Position numbers and translations under genes: made by a program. Of a DNA stretch of 62,530 bases, positions 61,093 through 62,530 are shown one piece after another (position 1 is the first letter of the stretch; every line of letters starts with the position of its first letter). Origin of the DNA: Dicyema japonicum (taxonomy: Eukaryota > Animalia > Dicyemida); NCBI GenBank assembly GCA_011109175.1, contig RDEW01000031.1:315970-378499 (forward strand). The letters run 5' to 3'. The notes under the pieces were generated by a model. The model had not been told where the DNA came from, searched no databases, and worked only from the letters and a program-made list of their open reading frames with translations.

Positions 61093-62530
61093 TTTTTTTG
61101 TGTACGATAGAACATGTCACAAGTAAACAATCTTTTGACGGTCGGCCATTCCTATATTTTAGCGAAATTTGGGTTAATAATTTAATGATGATCACAAGTG
61201 TCTACAGTCACTGAGACATATATTATCTGTTAGACCAATTATTGATAAAGAGCTAGACATTCACGATTCATGAAGCATCCACGGGATATAGTCTTTTTAA
61301 ATTGAAACCACGGATGCTAGATGAAAATCTTTGGACATGAATTGAGAATGCATCCGAAAGCCTCAAAGATGTCACGAAAGATTTCTTAATCTTCGACGAA
61401 CTTGATTTCGTTGAAAACCAAGGATCACACTACCAATGATCTTAAACGGTGACCTCCGAAGGAGGCAGAAAGGACTAAATGGACAACGGGAGTTTTCTCG
61501 TGGAAGAAACAAATAGAGGAGGGTAATATCGTTTTAGTTATGTTGGTTGCAAATGCCTTGGTTTTCACCGTCGCCTAAAACGTAGTGTTTCTGAGTTTCT
61601 GGAATATCACCGAAGTAGAGATTAATGAGTGAAGGGAAAAGAACAGATCACTAAGAGTTAAGAAATATCACAAATATGACCTCCTTGTGGGAAAATGGAG
61701 AGTTTACCTCTGCTTCTGCCCAGCTTGTAGATCTGGCATGTGCTTGTCGTGAAAACATTCCATTGAATGCTAACAAAGATATAATAACGGACACATGTGG
61801 AGATGAGGAATTGAGTGGGTTGGCGACGAACTCTTCTTCTAAGAGAAGGAGAGTGATTACCAACCAACAATTTATTTAAATCCCAGGGATCACCGAGAAG
61901 GAAAGACAGAAGAAACGTCAAACAGTTGGTCACATTCTGGCTTAATCAGCAATCAGTCGGATTGTCTCCAGAATATACTTTGATTTCCATTGATTATCTT
62001 TTTGTTCTCTCAAAAACTCTTGGAGGTAACCTTTAACTTTCTCTACATGTTAAATGCGTTCTGACAAAATGGAAGAAATCAATTCAATTATATGTCTCCC
62101 AAGGCTATAGAATATCGGAAATAACCTTATCGTAGATGCTATGTAGACGCAGTCATCGAGCCAAGCATTTATACACATGCATTGTGGCCTTTGTACATAA
62201 CCTGGACGATCAAAACAAGCCAGAAAGGGTAGTTTTCTAGAAATGATTCATCTCTAATACCTCTGGGGACCCTGATCAGTAAGAAGAGAGGGACGCACCA
62301 GTTCAACTACGGAACCGATAAGTGTTTATGTGAGCTTGAGGAAAGAGCATCCAACCAAGATGATTTCAATGCTGAAGCGTCTCGGGGTCATGCAAGTAGT
62401 TAGCTCGGTATTACTCTGTTCTTTGAAATTTTTATTTTCTTAAATTTCTGTTGAAATATTTAAAAATACACAAAATAATTAGAGGAAATGGTCACGGAGC
62501 CCTTACTCCATCGACATTTATGTTTTTAGC

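Overview
AT-rich eukaryotic window, mostly a nested graveyard of non-LTR retrotransposons. It contains many CRE-like RT+RLE elements, R4/Dong-like RLE elements, RTE, I/Jockey-like APE-RT LINEs and Penelope-like relics, plus a tRNA-derived SINE and remnants of Tc1/IS630, hAT and possibly Helitron DNA transposons. The ETS-domain ORF and ELAV-type 3-RRM gene indicate an animal. Predicted GT-AG introns of only 21-24 nt suggest a genomically reduced lineage such as a dicyemid, orthonectid or myxozoan parasite (inference; not identifiable further). Host-type sequences are one intact intronless ETS ORF plus disrupted or partial copies of ELAV, eIF2B-epsilon (W2 domain), histone H2B and probably a GST. 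The most notable observations are: miniature introns, a two-copy internally deleted RTE whose consensus is an in-frame APE/C-terminus fusion, a dispersed LINE family with an unrecognised C-terminal motif, a SINE with a conserved hairpin, a CRE insertion with a clean 12-bp TSD, and head-to-tail chains of unrelated retroelements. No CRISPR array, rRNA or intact tRNA was found. Several duplications flanking single Ns are probably assembly artefacts. All family calls are from motif recognition by eye, and boundaries of degraded relics are approximate.
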